The notes beneath the pieces are model-generated. The model had not been told where the DNA came from. It was given only the letters and a program-made list of their open reading frames with translations, and ran no database searches. Shown here one piece after another: positions 36,216-39,662 of a DNA stretch of 39,662 nucleotides; within the stretch, counting starts at the first letter, position 1; the number at the start of each line of letters is the position of its first letter. The stretch is from a virus (taxonomy: Duplodnaviria; Caudoviricetes). Location of the stretch: the IMG/VR virus record IMGVR_UViG_3300017650_000018, positions 1 through 39,662 of that record. The stretch is one strand, 5' to 3'. Position numbers and translations under genes: made by a program.

Positions 36216-36716
36216 GTGGACCTGTTGAACGTCCTTCACACGTCGATCAGCCCGGCGATGGCGCTGCTGCCGGCCCGCATGGACTCGGCTGAAGCGCGGA
36301 TCATGCTGCTGGCAATCGGGCTGCAGGAATCGCGCTTCGAGCATCGGCGCCAACTGGTGGGCAACCCGCCGCGCCCGTCCGGCCCGGCAAAGAGTTTCTG
36401 GCAGGCAGAGCGGGGCGGCGGCATGGTGCACGGCGTCCGCCTACACGTTGCCACCCGCGCCGCGGCAGCTCACCTCTATCAGGCCCGGGGCGTGCCGGCG
36501 CGCGACGCCGCCATCTGGGATGCCATCGAGAACGATGACGTGCTGGCGGCCGGCCTGGCGCGCCTGCTGCTGTGGAGCGACCCCGGCCGGCTGCCTGCGG
36601 TCGGCGATGAGCAGGGGGCCTGGGGCCTGTACCTGCGCACTTGGCGCCCGGGCAAACCGCATGCGGCGACGTGGCCGGAACTTTACGCGCGAGCGGTGGC
36701 TGAGGTGACGCGATGA
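36216..36716 (+). CDS. Putative endolysin (lysozyme/transglycosylase-like)
   Basis: AIGLQES catalytic-Glu-like motif and FWQ; between holin and spanins; GTG start (36210 or 36216) after GGAGG. Confidence 0.75.
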   Translation: MDLLNVLHTSISPAMALLPARMDSAEARIMLLAIGLQESRFEHRRQLVGNPPRPSGPAKSFWQAERGGGMVHGVRLHVATRAAAAHLYQARGVPARDAAIWDAIENDDVLAAGLARLLLWSDPGRLPAVGDEQGAWGLYLRTWRPGKPHAATWPELYARAVAEVTR

Positions 36717-37114
36717 ACCCGCTCCTGCGCGCAGCGCTGCCTTATCTGATCGGCGCGGCGGTGCTGGCCGCTGCCGTCTTGGGCGTGCGCTGGTATGGCG
36801 CCAGCCAATACAAGGCCGGGGTGGCCAAGGCCAATGCCGATCACACGCTGGCAGAGCTGACGGAGTTCAAGACCCAGACGGCGCGCCTGACCGGCTTGTC
36901 CGGCACCCTGGAAGGTGCTTTGCAAGCGCTGCGCGACGCTAAGCCCAAGACCATCGAGAGGTACATCCGTGTCGAAGTTCAAAGCCCTTTGCCTGCTGGC
37001 TGTCGCATTGACGCTGAGCGGCTGCGGCATATCAACGAAGCCGGCCGCCTGGCCAATGCTGCCGGCCAACCTGGCCCAGCCATGCCCGCCAGTTCCGCAG
37101 GTGACAGGCGATAG
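36713..37114 (+). CDS. Rz-like inner-membrane spanin
   Basis: N-terminal TM, periplasmic coiled coil, Cys near the C-terminus. Confidence 0.8.
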   Translation: MNPLLRAALPYLIGAAVLAAAVLGVRWYGASQYKAGVAKANADHTLAELTEFKTQTARLTGLSGTLEGALQALRDAKPKTIERYIRVEVQSPLPAGCRIDAERLRHINEAGRLANAAGQPGPAMPASSAGDRR

Positions 37115-37211
37115 CTGGGACGGCCTTGCCCGTAGCTATATGGCGCTGGCCATTCAATACGGGGGATGTGCTGAGAGCCACCGGGCGACTGTTCGTGCAT
37201 GGCCTCAATGA
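36969..37211 (+). CDS. Rz1-like outer-membrane lipoprotein spanin (overlapping)
   Basis: GTG start with GAGG SD in the +1 frame of Rz; lipobox LSGC; Pro-rich mature part. Confidence 0.82.
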   Translation: MSKFKALCLLAVALTLSGCGISTKPAAWPMLPANLAQPCPPVPQVTGDSWDGLARSYMALAIQYGGCAESHRATVRAWPQ

Positions 37212-37309
37212 GGCACCTCTTGACCAGATAACCACAGTTCAGTAAACAAGAAAAATCGAGGGCGCCAGCTATCGTTTGGCACTGTTGTCCTAATGCCGGG
37301 AGAACTCAA

Positions 37310-37762
37310 ATGTCACAGACGATTAGTCAGGTGTGGATGTGGATTCTCGATGTAGCCGGCCCAACAGCGGGCGTCGTAGGGTTCGCTATAACGCTCTGGC
37401 AGTTGAAGCGGGCGCGCCTTGAGCAGAAAAAACTCGAGTTAGAGCTGGCGGACCTGTTGGCCGATCGCGAAGCGAAGAAAAACAGAATCGTGCGCGTGAC
37501 CGTTGCCGAAATTGAGAGATTTGGGCAAGAGAGGTTTGGGAACGATAGGTTTGGGAAAGATAGGGCTGGGAAAGATAGGGCTGGGAAAAATAGAGAGACG
37601 TGGGCGAATGACTGGTATGTCCGCGATATATATCGCAACTTTCCCATGGAACAAACAGTGAGACGGAGGAATCCAGCGAGCAAACGGTGGCTCGCGTCCG
37701 GCATTTTCCTGATCCTGATCTTTCTGTCGTGGCTTGTTTTCCGTCTCGCCGACGGCGTTTAG
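37310..37762 (+). CDS. Moron: two-TM membrane protein with pentapeptide repeats
   Basis: TMs at both termini, GGGAG SD, candidate promoter TTGACC-17-TAAACA at 37220-37248; lower GC. Confidence 0.75.
   Translation: MSQTISQVWMWILDVAGPTAGVVGFAITLWQLKRARLEQKKLELELADLLADREAKKNRIVRVTVAEIERFGQERFGNDRFGKDRAGKDRAGKNRETWANDWYVRDIYRNFPMEQTVRRRNPASKRWLASGIFLILIFLSWLVFRLADGV
37514..37588 (+). repeat. 15-bp tandem repeat, 5 copies
   Basis: gagagatttgggcaa / gagaggtttgggaac / gataggtttgggaaa / gatagggctgggaaa / gatagggctgggaaa. Confidence 0.9.
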
Positions 37763-37764
37763 TT

Positions 37765-38070
37765 TTACCCTGTCCACTGCATCCACCACCCTTGGTAATA
37801 GCGCCGGCCGTCGATCTCTTCGAAGCCGCAGACCATCATGCCGCGTTCAGAACAGAACGTCAGTAGTTCCGGCTCAAGCAGATCGGGAATGGGACCTTTG
37901 GCGGTCGCACCGAACTTCGCCAAGCCGTCCATGGTCATCACTCGTACCTGGCGGCGCATGTCCTCGCGCGTGATGGCGTACATCCGCACGGTGCCGCTGA
38001 CGGCGGGCGCCGGGTCATTGTCTCGGCGCTTCCGCCCGAGGTAATGGGTTCTGACGACTGAGCAAAGCAT
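37765..38070 (-). CDS. LexA-controlled hypothetical protein
   Basis: 101 aa ending GFEEIDGRRYYQGWW; SOS box just upstream. Confidence 0.8.
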   Translation of the reverse strand: MLCSVVRTHYLGRKRRDNDPAPAVSGTVRMYAITREDMRRQVRVMTMDGLAKFGATAKGPIPDLLEPELLTFCSERGMMVCGFEEIDGRRYYQGWWMQWTG

Positions 38071-38088
38071 GATTCTGCCGTGGCATAA

Positions 38089-38104
38089 CTGTATGAATAT
38101 ACAG
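38089..38104. promoter_or_regulatory. LexA (SOS) box
   Basis: CTGTATGAATATACAG (CTG-N10-CAG) overlapping the minus-strand -10 TATACT (38103-38108). Confidence 0.9.
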
Positions 38105-38125
38105 TATATTGCAGCAGAATCGGGG

Positions 38126-38788
38126 TCAGGTCATCGGGGCGGCGACCAGCTTGTCGGAGGGGAAGGGTACGAGGAAGTCGCGGCTTGCGTCGGCGCTGGC
38201 GGTGAGCCAGTCTCCATAGGCGCCCTCGGGCAGAATCACCACCATGCGTTTTTCTTTGTTGGGCTGGTGGTAGTCGCGGAACAGGGGATCCTGGTCGGCG
38301 TTGATGGTGAGCATCGTGTAGCTCTCATGCCACTGGCCGGCCGCGTCCCGGTATCGATCCCAAAGCCCGGCGATGCCCAGCGGCGCGCCGTCTGCCCGGG
38401 TGAACCGGGTGGCAACTGCTTTGCCGGATCGCCAGTCAGGTTCGAAAATGGCATCGGCGGGGATGATGCAGTGCTGCGCCCGGCGCCAGGCGTTGCGGAA
38501 GGTGAAGGCGTTGGCGACGCGGTCGTCGCGGGCGTTGAACGTGGACAGCTTTTCCGCGCCGGGTAGCGCGTCTGGGCGGGTGGAACCAGATATCAGGCCC
38601 CAGCGCCCGGTAACGGCCTCCAGGCTCGGCACGGCCTCGTCGCCCGCGTCATGCTCTGGGGGCCGGCGGACGAACACACCCTGATACCGTGGCCACATGT
38701 CGTACCTGCCCAGCATGCCCGGCCGGGTCACGCCGAACTTCTTGAGCAGCAGCTCGGCGTCTTTCAGCGTCTGGTAGTGGCTGCACAT
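38126..38788 (-). CDS. SOS response-associated peptidase (SRAP/YedK/HMCES family)
   Basis: N-terminal MC (catalytic Cys2), WGLI, FNAR, CIIPA..FE, AGLW, H...RMVVIL. Confidence 0.93.
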   Translation of the reverse strand: MCSHYQTLKDAELLLKKFGVTRPGMLGRYDMWPRYQGVFVRRPPEHDAGDEAVPSLEAVTGRWGLISGSTRPDALPGAEKLSTFNARDDRVANAFTFRNAWRRAQHCIIPADAIFEPDWRSGKAVATRFTRADGAPLGIAGLWDRYRDAAGQWHESYTMLTINADQDPLFRDYHQPNKEKRMVVILPEGAYGDWLTASADASRDFLVPFPSDKLVAAPMT

Positions 38789-38798
38789 GGCATGTAGA

Positions 38799-39035
38799 TC
38801 AGGATCGTCGTATGACGGTTCCTGAAAGGTCCATGACACGCCAGCTCTTAGTCGATTCGAATCCGCGAACTTGCATGCTGTCCTTCAATTCCGCAGTAGC
38901 AACCACATTACCATCTGCGTCCAGAATATCGTAGTCGTCAATGTCGACGTTGCCCATAAACCCAGCCGTGCGGCTCCGTTTAAATCGGGCGGACTGCCCC
39001 GGTTCAAGTTTAAGCAACACCTCAATCTCTCCCAT
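38799..39035 (-). CDS. Hypothetical protein next to attR (78 aa)
   Basis: GAGGA SD before ATG 39035; likely co-transcribed with SRAP (10-nt gap). Confidence 0.65.
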   Translation of the reverse strand: MGEIEVLLKLEPGQSARFKRSRTAGFMGNVDIDDYDILDADGNVVATAELKDSMQVRGFESTKSWRVMDLSGTVIRRS

Positions 39036-39194
39036 CTCACTGTCCTCTTTTCGATTTATATGAATGATGACTTTAGCGGCAATCTTCGTTATGCGGGAGA
39101 CCAGTGAATTCCTGGTCGGTCGTCTCGCCGTGCCAGTGGGTACAGGTCCAGCAGCCACCGAGGCGATGGGATAGGGGGATGAAGTAGGACATTT

Positions 39195-39295
39195 TGCGTT
39201 AGAACAGAGGGCGGCAAAGCCGCATGAAATCGTAGCGCAAAAACCAAAGTTGTTCTAACGCGAATAAAAAAGACCCGCGCAAAATCAAGGTGTTA
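39195..39295. promoter_or_regulatory. att arm: two integrase arm-type sites and an IHF site
   Basis: TGCGTTAGAAC 39195-39205, inverted GTTCTAACGC 39252-39261, IHF consensus AATCAAGGTGTTA 39283-39295. Confidence 0.65.
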
Positions 39296-39305
39296 GCTTG
39301 ATGTC

Positions 39306-39365
39306 GCACGGGCCTTCTAAGCCCGGGGTCGGGGGTTCGAGCCCCTCCTGCCGCGCCAGAATGGC
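39306..39365 (+). repeat. attR direct repeat (displaced 3' fragment of tRNA-Arg)
   Basis: 58/60 match to 54-113; lacks the 5' acceptor strand and D-loop. Confidence 0.95.
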
Positions 39366-39662
39366 CCAGTTAAATCAGCTGTTTGGCTGTTGTGTGAGTC
39401 GTCAACGAGGCAATCATCAGAATATAAGCGCCTCTGACGACGCCGCTAATCGCGGAGCGGGTAATGGCCATCGAGCCGAAAGACTCCCACTGGCATATCT
39501 CGACAGATACCGTGAAGTGACCTCCCACGCCCGCCGTGCCTGTTCAAGCGGCTTTCGCGTGCCTTGGCCCTGCTCAGCCATGTTTGATCTCCGCCCGACC
39601 CCGCGAACGATTCGACTCGACCCGTCCCCTCTATCGACGTCTCATTGTCAGCCCAACCCAGC

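Larger units (their letters stand above)
54..39365. mobile_element. Complete temperate siphovirus prophage (lambdoid early region, HK97-like head)
   Basis: Flanked by 60-bp direct repeats of the tRNA 3' part. Integrase lies next to attL, and the immunity, replication, packaging, head, tail and lysis modules are in canonical order with no obvious frameshifted core genes. Confidence 0.96.

Noticed and set aside
39306-39358. Second tRNA gene
   Set aside because: Lacks the 5' acceptor strand and D-loop; it is the attR fragment.

Overview
The window holds an apparently complete, intact temperate siphovirus prophage of about 39.3 kb (attL 54-113, attR 39306-39365), integrated in a tRNA-Arg(TCT) gene. 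The host is a GC-rich betaproteobacterium, probably Achromobacter/Bordetella-like (inferred from gene content only). The organisation is lambdoid. The early-left arm carries integrase, a DUF4224 excisionase, a ParB-like gene and rdgC, interrupted by antisense membrane-protein morons. Next is an immunity region with readable PL/PRM/PR promoters and five 14-bp operators, then cII-like, replication (iteron origin), resolvase and Q-like genes. An antisense cassette with an orphan response-regulator receiver follows. The late region has HK97-type HNH/terminase/portal/Clp protease/capsid genes, a minimal tail module, holin/endolysin/spanins and an SRAP plus LexA-box module. The most notable unannotated signals are a 21-aa Ibs-like peptide gene in the immunity region, a structured boxA-containing PL leader with no N gene, and inverted repeats that mask the RBS of antisense morons. 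Also notable are two tandem tail-tube paralogues with no recognisable hub gene, a uORF and hairpin ahead of the receiver gene, and a decayed att arm of a related phage beyond attR. Family assignments are by motif recognition and synteny, not database search.
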